A DNA stretch of 64,000 nt, taken from NCBI RefSeq assembly GCF_006345805.1, contig NC_043002.1, forward strand, positions 80,600,001 through 80,664,000, written 5' to 3'. Within the stretch, counting starts at the first letter, position 1, and each line of letters opens with the position of its first letter. The notes beneath the pieces were generated by a model, which was not told the DNA's origin, ran no database searches, and worked only from the letters and a program-made list of their open reading frames with translations. Positions 44,220 to 56,661 of the stretch are shown piece after piece. This stretch comes from Octopus sinensis (taxonomy: Eukaryota). The position numbers were made by a program, and so were the translations under genes.

Positions 44220-44900
44220 TTTCACTACTTGATATGTGTCATTTGTTGAGTGAAGGAGTTTGACGATTCCCCCCTCATCTACGTTTCTTGCCGTGAGATA
44301 AGTTCATCTGAACTTCTTGACAGGAGATCTACTTTTCTTTTGAAGACACCTACACTCACCCCATGTAAGTGTCTCAGGATTTTGGTGGTGGTGGAAGGAA
44401 ATATTGAAGAACCGTGGACCTTTCAAACCCAAGTTTATGCAGTATCTAGTTCTGTAACTTGAAAGTGGTTTTGGGACCTTAGGCAGTATGTAGTGTTGAA
44501 ACTTTCATACTGTTTCTATAACTTTCAATGCCAAAGTTTAGTACAAGATCTTCCATGATTTTCTTAATGTATATCATGGCACATATTTCGTTTTAGGGAG
44601 TAGAGTGTTAACCATTACAGTCTCTCCCAGTAGCAGACATGTTGCATTCAGACGATATTTTGTGTAGATCTTCTCAGCTACTTAGTTCCGCCATTAGTTT
44701 TAAAATATGTGGTGATCATAGTTGGGAGCAGTAGTCTAAGAAGCTAAAGTTGAATGTGCTCCGGTGTACCATCATGGTTTCCTATACTTCGTCCTGAAAG
44801 TTCGAAGGATGCATCAGTCTAGCAGCCAAAATTGTGATATATACACCGGGAAAGAGTCATCATGACTATCGTCATTGCCCAGGACGCGCACTGCTTCATA
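44220..44900 (-). mobile_element. CR1/L2-group LINE 3' fragment
   Basis: Minus-strand remnants KRNMCHDIH/KIMEDLVLNFG, KGPRFFNISF, HLHGVSVGVFKRKVDLLSRSSDEL; typical C-terminus of CR1-like ORF2. Confidence 0.65.
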
Positions 44901-45604
44901 TGTAGGAATTTTTTTAATTACTTGTATTATTTTAAACTGTATTTTGGTATGTTAAACAAGCAAGCATGCATCCGAATAATCAGATTTATACACAGACACT
45001 TTAAGCATACAAACATATGTCGACAGTAGAGTATTTATACTTTATGTATATCTTCATTAATAATGTAACGAGTATATTAAATACATTCAATATCATACAC
45101 TCACACGTTAGTATTTGTATATACATATATAAAGTTTGAATAACTAAACAAAGACCGTGCAGTTCATACTGAAAATGCAACATTGTTTCAATGTAGTTCA
45201 TTTGTATGAGTTTAAACAAATACATAGGTACACATACATATACATGTATATATATGCATGTATGTATATATATAGATAGATATGGCAGTATTCGCACATA
45301 TATATATACATACATACAGATATGTATACATATTTCATTTATTGTATATATATATATATATATATTCGCATATATATATATAAACAAATGTAGATATAGA
45401 TGAAGGTGTATGCGCGCGCGCGTGTGTACTGATGCAGAAATAGATGGATATACACAAATTATAGCAGTCATTCAATTTTCATAAATTTACCATGCGTATA
45501 CATCGGTAAGCTACATGTACTCACATATACACCTCTCTATATTATCACTCTATAACGAAAATACACTCATATATACACACACATGTATATGCTGATATAG
45601 ATTG

Positions 45605-45636
<32 letters not shown>

Positions 45637-46174
45637 ATACAGGTATACATGTATGAGCTATATGTGTATATGATATGTATATGTATACATTCTATATATA
45701 TATTCATATATATATGTATGTATATATACCTACATACATATATATATGTATATATATACATATATATACATATATGTATATATATATATTATATATATAT
45801 ATACATATGTATATATATTTGTATATATATATATACATATATATATACGTACGTATGGGTATCGATTTAAATGATACCTCCTCCTACCCCTACCCCCAAT
45901 CTATCAATCTCCACAATACTGATATTCTCAGATCAAAGCATTCGATAACTCTGACACCGTAACCGCATGTCTTTCCTTAAATTTTCATTTCTTTCATCAC
46001 TTGCTGTGCATCTATATTTTATTTCCTTTCTGTCCTTCATTACCCCGCTAGCTTTTTTTACCTTTCTTTTTTCCGTACCACATGCACACACAAACGCACG
46101 CGCACACACAAACACACACATACACACACACACACAAATACACACATTGGCAAGTGTACACTTATCTTTATATA

Positions 46175-46227
<53 letters not shown>

Positions 46228-46734
46228 TACTTACATACGTGCTGTATATATACACCTATTATATGTATAAATATATACATGTATTACATACATACTATAT
46301 ATATATATATAATATATATATATATATACATACCCTCTCACAGAAAAAGACTTTCGATTGCACAGATGCACGCAGAAAAACGTGAACGCACTCCAATTCA
46401 CCGCCACACGCACATACATGTATATACACCAACATACACATATATGCGTCATAATAAATATGTTGATATATATATGTAATATATATATATATATAATATA
46501 TATACATATATATATATAATATATATATAATAAATATATTGATATATATATATATATATATGTATACATACATATATATTTATACATAAATATATATCTG
46601 TCTACGTGTGTGTGTATAAAATGTATATTTTCATATGATATATAATAAATTTTTATAACATATAGTAATATAAGAAATATATGGTTCTGTTTCTCTCTGT
46701 CTTTTTGTAGAGTTGTGCATATAATACATGCATA

Positions 46735-46780
<46 letters not shown>

Positions 46781-47699
46781 GGAGAGAGAGGGGCGGAAGA
46801 GAGAAGTAGTAACAGAGGCAGGCGTAGAGAGTGTTTCATTCTGATATATAGACAGATATATATATATACATAGATTCTTTAGCATACCGTTCTCCTTTTT
46901 ACCGGATTTCCATTGAACCCTTTCATGTTTATAAATTATCAGCAATCGTAATTATATAAACAACACTGATTCCTCTTCTCTTTTACTACATATTTTTTGC
47001 GAATCTGTAAACATTCTTGGAAGTGTGATAACGTTTTCAATTCAAGTTTTCTCGGAAAAATCTTCTAACTGTATATTTCTAACTGCTAATGAGTATATAT
47101 AAATGGTAACGTGGCTATAGCTTAGATTTGGTAGATTATCTTTCCACTGGTTCAGTTAGGTTTGCGCTAGCTTTGAAACTACGCTATAATTCCTTCAATT
47201 CTTGCACAGTAACTCGGGCAAATGCCTGCTACAAGTGCAATGTGTTGACCATTCACCGAAGAAGAATCTGTCTTTAGCAGAGAAAATGCAAAAATTATCG
47301 ACATGTGTGTGTGTGTACGTGTGTATAAAAACATATTCGCACACACACATACTTCAAACTACCAGTTAAACACCTTTCTACTGACCATTCTCCTGCGCGC
47401 ATGTGAAGGGACACACTACACAAAAGACCATTTCTACTATAAATTCTAACTATAAGTTCTTACTATAAATTCTTCCTACGGGAGTAAGCGACAGTAAGTC
47501 CACTCACACACACACATAAACAGTCAAAACCACAAACCCACACATATGCACAAACATGTGCCATTATTACACACAAACACGTACATACCTGCGCGCTCGC
47601 ACATACCCACACATGCACACACATACCTCCTTCTCTTGCACTCTCCTGTCTTAGAACGAACTTTTTCTTCACCCATTCTCTCCCGGTCATTTCAAAATG

Positions 47700-47870
47700 C
47701 AACCACGTGTGAATCGTTGGCGATTTTCTTCCTCCGCCATTTTCTTCTTTTGGGCTTTCCTCTATTTCTGAAGAAGAGCCTTCCTCGAAACGTTAAATCC
47801 CCTTTCTTTCCTTTCTTCAGCGTCTGATAATACATTACTTCTACCACGTCCTCGCGTTTTTGTTGTTGAT
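47700..47870 (+). mobile_element. PLE-type terminal fragment with HHR motif (47764-47798)
   Basis: AUUU CUGAAGA A GAG-CCUUC-CUC GAAA CG UU AAAU; same family as 20055-20260. Confidence 0.7.
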
Positions 47871-48141
47871 TTTCTACTTGTTGAAAGCTTCAACAAGTAG
47901 AAAAACTTTCCATCACCTAAGCGAGTAAAGGTAATCTTTAAAAGAAAAACCCCACAAACTTTCTAAAGACACCTAGCCAGGTTTTCCTAGTCAAAATAAT
48001 AATTTGTCCCGCCATTTATCAAGCTGAAAACAAGACCGTTTCTTAGTAGTTTTCTGAGCAGATAACGTTTAAACAAGAAACGTTTTTGTGTATATATACA
48101 TATACAGACATATATAAGTTTGCATGTATGTATGTATACAC

Positions 48142-48213
<72 letters not shown>

Positions 48214-48420
48214 GCATGTATGTATGTATGTATGTATGTATGTATGTATGTATGTATGTATGTATATATATATATATGCTGGATGGAAATACTTATGTCA
48301 CCTATTCGAAATCTTAAGGGCACAGAACGCATGAGTCGCATAGCCAGCGAGAAACGATCTTTCCAGGGGCTCAATAACAGAAACAATCTTTCCTTTCCTG
48401 GGACTACCACATTAAGCTGG

Positions 48421-48455
<35 letters not shown>

Positions 48456-48639
48456 TATACATACATACACACACACATACATATACATATATATGTGTGT
48501 GTGTGTATATGTATATATTATTGTTCGTGTATATGTCTATTCTTATATCAAATCATATTAGCATTAAACTGAAGGATTACTCAATAACTTTTGCTAGATT
48601 TTATTAGATTATAGTTTATGTAAATCACTGCTAATCTTT

Positions 48640-49362
48640 TCCTTGTGAAAGTTTCATCACAAGCGATGCATTTGCGCCGTCGTTGAATCTTCTTTAAAAC
48701 AGGTTTAGATATGCATTGCTGTATCCACATCACACACTTTCATTTCGCCTATCTTACCAAATCTTAGTCCCGAGTATTGTCCTTTATTGAACCGTAAAGT
48801 TTGAGGCCAGAGGGTACTGGAGATTAGTTTTACCAGATTTTAGGTGTCAGCGGTTACTAACCGTTGCTGGATGGAGGCACACTGTGCGGCCCACTTCGTT
48901 GATTACCTGATTTGTTGCTAAAATATACGCGGTCACAAATTTGCCATGGAAACAGAAAGTCGTTCACAGATTTTTGTTTATTTTCCTGCTCTATATGACG
49001 TCTGTAAGTACCGCTGTTCGCGGTACGGCTATATTCGAGAATGAAACCTTATCCAAAAATACAGTCACAATGACTTTTTGTATCGACCGTGAGCTCTTAA
49101 AATTATGAGACCTCGTAGAAGAAATGTAACACTGAGCCTTCTTTTCCCGACAATAATGATTGTCTCATGTTTGATCGTGTGTTCTCAGCTGTATCGTATT
49201 GAAAAAGTCATGTTTTTATTGGCTGCAAACGCATCAGCAGATCAGAGCAGACTTAAGTGGTACTCTCCTTTCAATCGAGTGTCATTAGCAAAAGTTCTTA
49301 GTTTTTACAATTTTCCGATATCGAAACAATATCAATTGTTCTCACTGCCATTCATTTAAATG
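48640..49362 (-). pseudogene. Decayed cadherin-repeat exon relic
   Basis: Acceptor CTATTCAG| then IDIVSISENC, (D)ADAFAANKNMTFSI, IKHET.IIVGKRRL, TNLPV.SGLKLYGSIKDN, IGEMKVCDVDT; spans about two EC repeats, with stops and frameshifts. Confidence 0.55.
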
Positions 49363-50024
49363 CTGAATAGATAGGATATAACTCTCAATCTCCTATCCAG
49401 GTTTTTTGTTTGTTTGTTTTTTGCTTTCTATACTTTACTCTTGTTTTTATACTTCTAAGTTTCCATTTTGTACATTGTAGGAACTAAAAGCATAATAATG
49501 GAACCGAACCTTGTGCCACAGGCAGATGAATTAAAGTAACATAGAAAGCCCCCAGAGAATTTTATCTTGATTGAATATTAGAATCAATTTTTGTGGTTCC
49601 ACCACGGCCCCAATGGTCTAACACTTTCGGTCAGAAACCATACGTGCAAATGCACAGAAATTTGCATTTAGATTCATATAGATATGTGTATGTATGTTTG
49701 TGAGTGTGTGAGAGAGACAGAAAAGGTGTGCGTGTGTGTGTGAGTGTGTGTGTGTGTGTGTGTGTGTAAGTGTGTATGTGTGTCTATGTATGTTTTTGTG
49801 TGTGTGTGTGGATTTATGTGTATGTGCGTATTTGTGTCTATAATTGCTATATAAGCGCACAATGCAGTCATTTCGTTCTTGAAATCTAATCACATGACAT
49901 TTGTTTAGATCTTCCAACAATAAAAGCAGAAATGTAGTCCTTTGAATAAAAGAATATATATAGGAAACTACATTTGCGTTATGTAATCTAGGAAAATTTG
50001 AATACCTAATTTAATTCTTAGACT

Positions 50025-51257
50025 ATATATACCAAAGAATCCGGAAAGGTTTTCTGTAGAACAAGCCCGTTGTAATTCAGGTTTCCGGTATTAGAAGCCA
50101 CTTGCTACGACTCTCAGACATCAGTATGCCGACCGGTACCGTCGCGTGAAGTCGTACTGCCACGTAGTGTATCATGTTTTTGCAGTTCTTTTCCCCTGTT
50201 TGTCGAATTTTTCGATGGCTGAAATGAAGGAACAACCTGCTTTAATGAAATTCTGTCTTTTGCTAAGGAAAACGGAGGCCAAAACAGTTGTTATTCTTTA
50301 AAAAGCTTACAAGGACGCTCCCTTGAACAAAGCACAAGTTTACGAGTGATCTTCAAGCCTCAGGAATGTTCACATTTCGCGTGAAGACCAACCTCCTTCA
50401 AGGCAACCGTCGACCTCCGAACGAATGAGAACATAATAATTCATGAGGAGTGGCCGTGTGGTAAGTAGCTTGCTTACCAACCATATGGTTCCGGGTTCAG
50501 TCCCGATGCGTGGCTTCTACTATAGCCTCGGGCCTTGTGAGTAGATTTGGTAGACGGAAACTGAAAGAAGCCCGTCGTATATATATGTGTATGTGTGTGT
50601 ATATGTTTATATGTCTGTGTTTGTTCCCCACCCAACATCGCTTGACAACCGATGCTGGTGTGTTTACGTCCCCGTAAATTAGCGGTTTGGCAAAAGAACG
50701 ATAGAATAAGTACTAGGCTTACAGAGAATAAGTCCTGGGGTCGATTTGCTCGACTGAGACAAGTAAAAGAGTAAAATGAGTAACTGATCTAGGAGGACCG
50801 TCTCCGAACAACTGACGAACTTGTTGATATGACTGGTATGTCCAGGATCTCCTGCCAACAAATTTTGAGCAAGGAATTGCGAATGAAAAGTGTTGCATAA
50901 AATTTGTGCCTCGCTTGCTCACAGATCAAAAGCATTCACGACTGAATGCATATCGTGAACTAACATAACAGTTAGAAGTTGATCCGGACGTTTTTTCACA
51001 AAGACATCACTGGTGACCAAAGCTGTTTCTACGGAATGAGCAGATGTTCAAGAGGTGAAAAAAGAAAACGATGGATGCATTGAAAAGCATCACTTGCGAG
51101 GGTTCCAAGACTACTTCAAACAGTGGAAAATACGTCTAGACCGATGCATTGCTTCAAATGGAGAATACTTTGAAGGTCAATAAAAATGTAAACATGTAAA
51201 ACTAATTGAATATGATAACATTGCAAAATTCCGGTTTCTTTTGAGTACCTACTCGTA
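50025..51257 (+). mobile_element. Decayed mariner transposon with nested SINE B (50447-50770)
   Basis: MAEMKEQ..MKFCLLLRKT..AYKD..L.KAQVYE*, KFVPRLLTDQK, ITGD, CIASNGEYFEG; TIR remnants AAAGAATCCGGAA / TTCCGGTTTCTTT. Confidence 0.85.
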
Positions 51258-51271
51258 TAGCAGCGGAAATG

Positions 51272-51340
<69 letters not shown>

Positions 51341-51344
51341 CTCT

Positions 51345-51424
<80 letters not shown>

Positions 51425-51432
51425 TATATAAT

Positions 51433-51600
51433 AGGCGTAGGAGTGACTTTGTTATAAGTAGCTTGCTTACGAACCACATGGTTCCGAACTCAGTCCCACT
51501 ACGTGGCACCTTGGGCAAGTGTCTTCTACTATAGCCTCGGGCCGACGAAAGCCTTGTGAGTGTATTTCATAGATGGAAACTAAAATAAGTCCGTCGTATA
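51433..51600 (+). mobile_element. SINE family B, 5' half
   Basis: Head and CORE-like segment. Confidence 0.85.
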
Positions 51601-51601
51601 T

Positions 51602-51676
<75 letters not shown>

Positions 51677-51757
51677 TAAAAATTGCAGGTGGCATACGAG
51701 TGTGTATATATTATAAAACAGAAGTTTGAAAACGCCACTGTATAAGAATAATTTTTT

Positions 51758-51887
51758 TTTAGAGATTTTACAGGTTTCCGTTCATCATGAAAAACGAACC
51801 TTACCAAAAATATTTTTAAAGGTTAAGTGTAATAAAAAAAGCTCATAATTGTTTCTTGAGTCCATGTGGTGCTACAACTCCACCACC

Positions 51888-51918
<31 letters not shown>

Positions 51919-52182
51919 CGGTCACTACTACTACGACCAGCAGTTACTGCTACGCTACAACTGCTATTTCGGCCGCCAGTCATTTTCAAAATCACAGCCA
52001 ATGAATCTAGTCAACGCACAAGACAGCCATTGTGCCCACCCCCAAAGAAAAACACCACAATGTGGACTGTGTTGAGATTAGTAAGAAACAATTATGAACT
52101 TCTTTATTACACTTAACTTTTTAAAATATCTTTGATAAGGTTCGTTTTTTCAAGAAGAACCGAAACATGTAAAATCTCTAAG
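51758..52182. mobile_element. Foldback element with ~100-bp imperfect terminal inverted repeats
   Basis: 51758-51857 vs 52082-52182; (CCA)/(CAA)/(CTA) repeats inside. Confidence 0.75.
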
Positions 52183-52222
52183 AAAATGAAAATTTATCTT
52201 ATATAGTGGAGTTTTCAAACTT

Positions 52223-52276
<54 letters not shown>

Positions 52277-52284
<8 letters not shown>

Positions 52285-53452
52285 TAAACAGTAAAATTAA
52301 TAGACATGGACATGGACAAGAACATGAAACAACACAGAGACGACACAAGAACCACAGGACGGGACATTCGAAGCCCTCAGTCATCAGTCAAGAACCAGAT
52401 CATCTTAGCAATTTCGGCTGATTAATCTTGAGATTGCTCCGATATGGCCAGCCCAAAGCTTCGAATGTATACAACGAAAGGACGGAAAACGATCGAAGTA
52501 CACAAACAAAAATACAGAATACGTGACACCAATAAGAATACAAAACGTAAAAACAATAACGGTAAAAATAAAAAATAAACAACAAAACAAAACCAGGACG
52601 TAGGACAAGGGTCTTTCGACAGGACGATTTGAGTAGGGGCTGGCTTGTGAAGTTGTGCCTAAAGGCCACGGGGAGACGAACAAATCCGTGTTGCTTCTGA
52701 GGCTGCTGAAAACGAAAAAGAGCGCTCAACAGCGGCTAGCTGTCACGTGAGAACAAAGACAGGAGAAAGGGACAGATGAAAAGGGAGAGAAGGTGGACGA
52801 GGGAGGAGAAGAAAGAGACAGATCGAGGGGGCTGGAGGTGAGAGAGATAGAGAAACGTAGAAAGGGGGGGGGGACGGATGGAGAGGGAAAGAACGGAAGT
52901 GGAATAAGGGAGGAGGGAGAGAGAGAGAAAAAGAGACAGATTAAGAGTCGTATCAAAGCTTGAGAAAAAAATATTTATCGTATAAGGACATTGTGGATAC
53001 GTAGCCGCCGATTATATAGGTAAACAGTAAAATTAAATACAGACATGGACAAGAACATGAAACACCACAGAGACGACACAAGAACCACAGGACGGGACAT
53101 TCGAAAGCCCTCAGTCATCAGTCAAGAACCAGATCATCTTAGCAATTTCGGCTGATTAATCTTGAGATTGCTCCGATATGGCCAGCCCAAAGCTTCGAAT
53201 GTATACAACGAAAGGACGGAAAACGATCGAAGTACACAAACAAAAATACAGAATACGTGACACCAATAATAATACAAAAACGTAAAAACAATAACGGTAA
53301 AAATAAAAAATAAACAACAAAACAAAACCAGGACGTAGGACAAGGGTCTTTCGACAGGACGATTTGAGTAGGGGCTGGCTTGTGAAGTTGTGCCTAAAGG
53401 CCACGGGGAGACGAACAAATCCGTGTTGCTTCTGAGGCTGCTGAAAACGAAA
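52277..53452 (-). repeat. Near-identical ~435-bp direct repeat (52277-52714, 53013-53452), PLE pLTR-like
   Basis: Direct comparison; purine-rich spacer; identical translated blocks in ORFs 52405-52683 and 53134-53646. Confidence 0.85.
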
Positions 53453-53456
53453 TATA

Positions 53457-54370
53457 TATATGTTAATAAAATAGAACATATGCATATATATAAACATATA
53501 TGTACGTACCTACCTCTACATGTACATATACACGCATATATGTGTACAGGACACCAAAAAGACGTCGAACACATAGAGAGACGAAAAACATAGACACAAA
53601 CCAAGGAACAAGACAAGCAAAAAAAGAGATACAGGACAATAAGCACAACGAAAGATCCCCTTCTTCAGTCGCTAAGGTTTCATCTACTAAACGTTTTCGA
53701 AGGATAAAAGCGAGACGTATACTTCGAAGAAAACTTCCTTCCTGCGAAAAGCAAATCAATTAAAATTCTGAGATCTTTTCGCAGAGGGGTAAAAAAGCAA
53801 GACGGTAACGACAGTACAAACATATAAACAGTAAAAATATATATATAAACAGTGGAAAAATAAATATATAAAAGTGAGAGACAGGGCAAGGAGAACAAGA
53901 TAAGAGGGTTGTTAACGCCAGACGAAAAAAGTATTGCAAACGCTGGATTATAGTGGACGACGAGAGAGAAAAAATGTCGACCAGTAGCCTTAGAAGGCGG
54001 GCGAGAAAAGACAGGATAGCAGTTACGACGGAAGTATCGTCGCAGATGGACGACGGGAATGGGGAGGAGGAGCAAGAGGAAGAGAGAGAAGAAGGGGAAT
54101 GGTGCGAGGAGACCATGAAGAATGGTGAAAGGGAGAGAGAGAATGAAGAATGAGAGAGAGAGAAGAGACAAGTTAAGTGAGGGAAAAAACACGAAAAAGG
54201 GAATGGGAGAGAAAGAAAGAAAGATGCAGAGTCGCGTGAGAGTTAATATCAAGGCTAACTTGATAAACAGAACAATCTTACTTAATAGGGTGCGTGCGTT
54301 TAGTCGTATAATATGTTAATAAAATAGAACATATGCATATATATAAACATATATGTACGTACCTACCTCT
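53457..54370 (-). repeat. Second pLTR-like unit bounded by a ~60-bp direct repeat (53457-53519, 54311-54370)
   Basis: ATATGTTAATAAAATAGAACATATGC...ACCTACCTCTA occurs at both ends. Confidence 0.75.
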
Positions 54371-54479
54371 ATATACAAACGTGTCGTTTCATTATGTGCT
54401 TGTGCATGTGACGTAAGAGGTGTGGATTTATGACGAAACTAACCGGCAACTTGCACCACTACACAGAAAATGGGAGAAA

Positions 54480-54775
54480 AACACTTCTATTCAAGTAGGG
54501 CTCAGTATATGTTAAAGAATTATGATACAGAGGAATCATTTGATGTATGGATGAGATCTATGATGATGCAGATATCTGCGATCTTCTGGGTCTCTGTATA
54601 TTAAATACACTGATATCTAAGTTTCCATCCCAGGATGTTGGTCTATACCGAAACGACGGGTTCGTAAAATCTCATGGCTGTGATAACCACTCGATACCTT
54701 TAGTCACTACTAATACGTCAAAAGTCGATTTCTTAGCTGTTTCTCTAGATCTTAACTCCTGCTCTTATGGCAGGA
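54480..54775 (+). mobile_element. PLE reverse transcriptase fragment
   Basis: FDV.M..YDDADICDLLGLCIL..VGLYRNDG..VDFLAVSLDL (PLE-type MGSYDGAE / LYRDDG motifs). Confidence 0.75.
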
Positions 54776-54799
54776 ATTAAGATCGTTGGTTACGAGGAG

Positions 54800-55095
54800 A
54801 GTTCCAGTTAATCCAATCAACAGAAAAACCTCCCGTAAGATTAACGTGCAAGTAACTGAACGCTCCGCAGACACGTGTACGTTTAACGTAGTTTTCGGGG
54901 AGATTCAGCGTGACACAGAATGTGACACGGCTGGCCCTTTGAAATACAGGTACAACCCATTTTTGCCAGCTGAGTGGACTGAAGCAACGTGAAATAAAGA
55001 GTCTTCCTTAAGGACACAACGCGTTGCCGGGAATTGAACTCACGACCTTTACGATCGTGAACCGAATGCCCAAACCACTAAGCCATGCGTTTTCA
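54800..55095 (-). mobile_element. tRNA-derived SINE, family C
   Basis: Minus head TGGCTTAGTGG...GAGTTCAATTCCC then GTTGTGTCCTT; related copy at ~60100-60370 (+). Confidence 0.7.
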
Positions 55096-55448
55096 CTCCC
55101 GCTCTAATAAGCCTTTAAGCCAAACTAGAAAATATTCTGCATACCTAAACAGTCCTGTAAACTCCATCAATAATAGGATATCCATCTCCCTTTTTCTAAC
55201 ATAACATTTGATAAGACATCCCCCTCCTATAACAATGCCCTTACTAACCGCAGCTTCAAAATAAGATGATTTACAAACAAACATGCTAGCATATATATAT
55301 ATTTATTTATTTTATCTATATTCTTGTTTTATTATCTCATGTTCATAATTTTTATTTGTAAAATATTTTACATTTTATTTATTTAGAATTCTTTTAATTC
55401 TTTTAATTTTAATTTCTTCAAATTTTGTTGTTAATTCCTCACTAATGG

Positions 55449-55479
<31 letters not shown>

Positions 55480-55759
55480 CCTCTTTCTCTTTATATATAT
55501 ATTTATATACATTTTCAAAAATGGTTTCGAGGGATATATGATTCTGGCAGTTGCCATTTTAGCTCTTATCGGCTCCCAATGCCGACTAGCCACGGTGAGT
55601 GTTGATGAAACTCAAGCTACTTAAAATTAATTATACTCGGTTAATCCTCACTTGGTAAATCCGAATGTCCTAATAAAGACTGCATAGTTTCCATAGAGAA
55701 AATAATAAAATTAAGGAAGTTCAGGAGAACGGAGGTTTGCACATCCATGTTGGAATATG

Positions 55760-56070
55760 TGGAGGCAAATGGCCTAGTGGTTAGAGCAGCGGACTCGCAG
55801 TCGAGGGATCGCAGATTCGAATCTCAGACCGGGCGATGTGTGTGATTATGAGCGAAACACCTAAACTCCACGCGGCTCCGGCAGAAGGTAATGGCGAACT
55901 TCTGCTGACTCTTTCGCCACAACTTTCTCTCACTCTTTCCTCCTGCATCTAGCAGCTCACCTGCGACGGACCGGCGTGCCGTACAGGTGGGGAACCTATA
56001 CGCCAAGGAAACCAGGAAACCGGCGCTGTGAGCCAGGTGTGGCTCGAGAAAGAACAAACAACAACAACAA
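55760..56070 (+). mobile_element. tRNA(Arg)-like SINE, family D, with V-domain-like core and (CAA)n tail
   Basis: TGGCCTAGTGG A-box, GACTCGCA loop, GATTCGAATC B-box; CCTGCGACGGACCGGCG core; TSD GTTGGAAT at 55749 and 56071. Confidence 0.8.
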
Positions 56071-56087
56071 GTTGGAATCTACTTTTA

Positions 56088-56150
56088 GTCTAGTGGTTAG
56101 GATTCCTGGCTTTCACCCAGGCGGCCCGGGTTCGATTCCCGGCATGGGAA
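56088..56150 (+). pseudogene. tRNA-Glu(TTC) pseudogene lacking the first ~9 nt
   Basis: GTCTAGTGGTTAGGATTCCTGGCTTTCACCCAGGCGGCCCGGGTTCGATTCCCGGCATGGGAA; anticodon TTC at 56112-56114; D, anticodon and T arms intact, but the upstream bases cannot pair with CATGGGA. Confidence 0.9.
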
Positions 56151-56164
56151 CGGCATTTCTGTTA

Positions 56165-56368
56165 CAGCGGCAAGCTGGCAGAAACGTTAGCACGCCGGGC
56201 AGAATGCGTAGCCGTATTTCGTCTGCCGTTACGTTGTGAGTTCAAATTCCGCCGAGGTCGACTTTGCCTTTCATCCTTTCGGGGTCGATAAATTAAGTAC
56301 CAGTTACGCACTGGGGACGATGTAATCGACTTAATCCCTTTGTCTGTCCTTGTGGGCAATAAAGAAAT
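56165..56368 (+). mobile_element. SINE family A directly downstream of the tRNA-Glu relic
   Basis: Head, core and shortened tail-1. Confidence 0.9.
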
Positions 56369-56590
56369 ATATACTTTTATTCACACCGTTCTTCACTGGT
56401 CTAGGTGAAGAACGATGTAAATAACACTATAATAGAACTTGGATATACAAATCTCCGTTCTCCTGATCTTCCTTGATTTATATATACCGGAGTAAACACA
56501 TAAATGTGAAACAAGGTGGAAAAAAGAGTACTCAAATACCAGTGGTAGAGTAATATGCTTTATTTAAAGCAGCAGAAAATTCAACAAAAC

Positions 56591-56628
56591 CTGTTACTCT
56601 GAGTTTCCCGTTGCCGTTCATCGGACAG
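56591..56628 (-). ncRNA. HHR-like motif (U4C variant) in a PLE-type terminal fragment (56485-56645)
   Basis: CUGU CCGAUGA A CG-GCAA-CG G GAAA CUCAGAG UA ACAG. Confidence 0.55.
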
Positions 56629-56661
56629 TTTTTGCTAGATTCTAGTTAATTTATATATATA

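Noticed and set aside
53680-54252. 190-aa hydrophobic ORF
   Set aside because: Arises from a CT-rich low-complexity strand inside a repeat unit.
56079-56150. Functional tRNA-Glu gene
   Set aside because: The 5' acceptor strand (CTACTTT) cannot pair with CATGGGA; recorded as a pseudogene.
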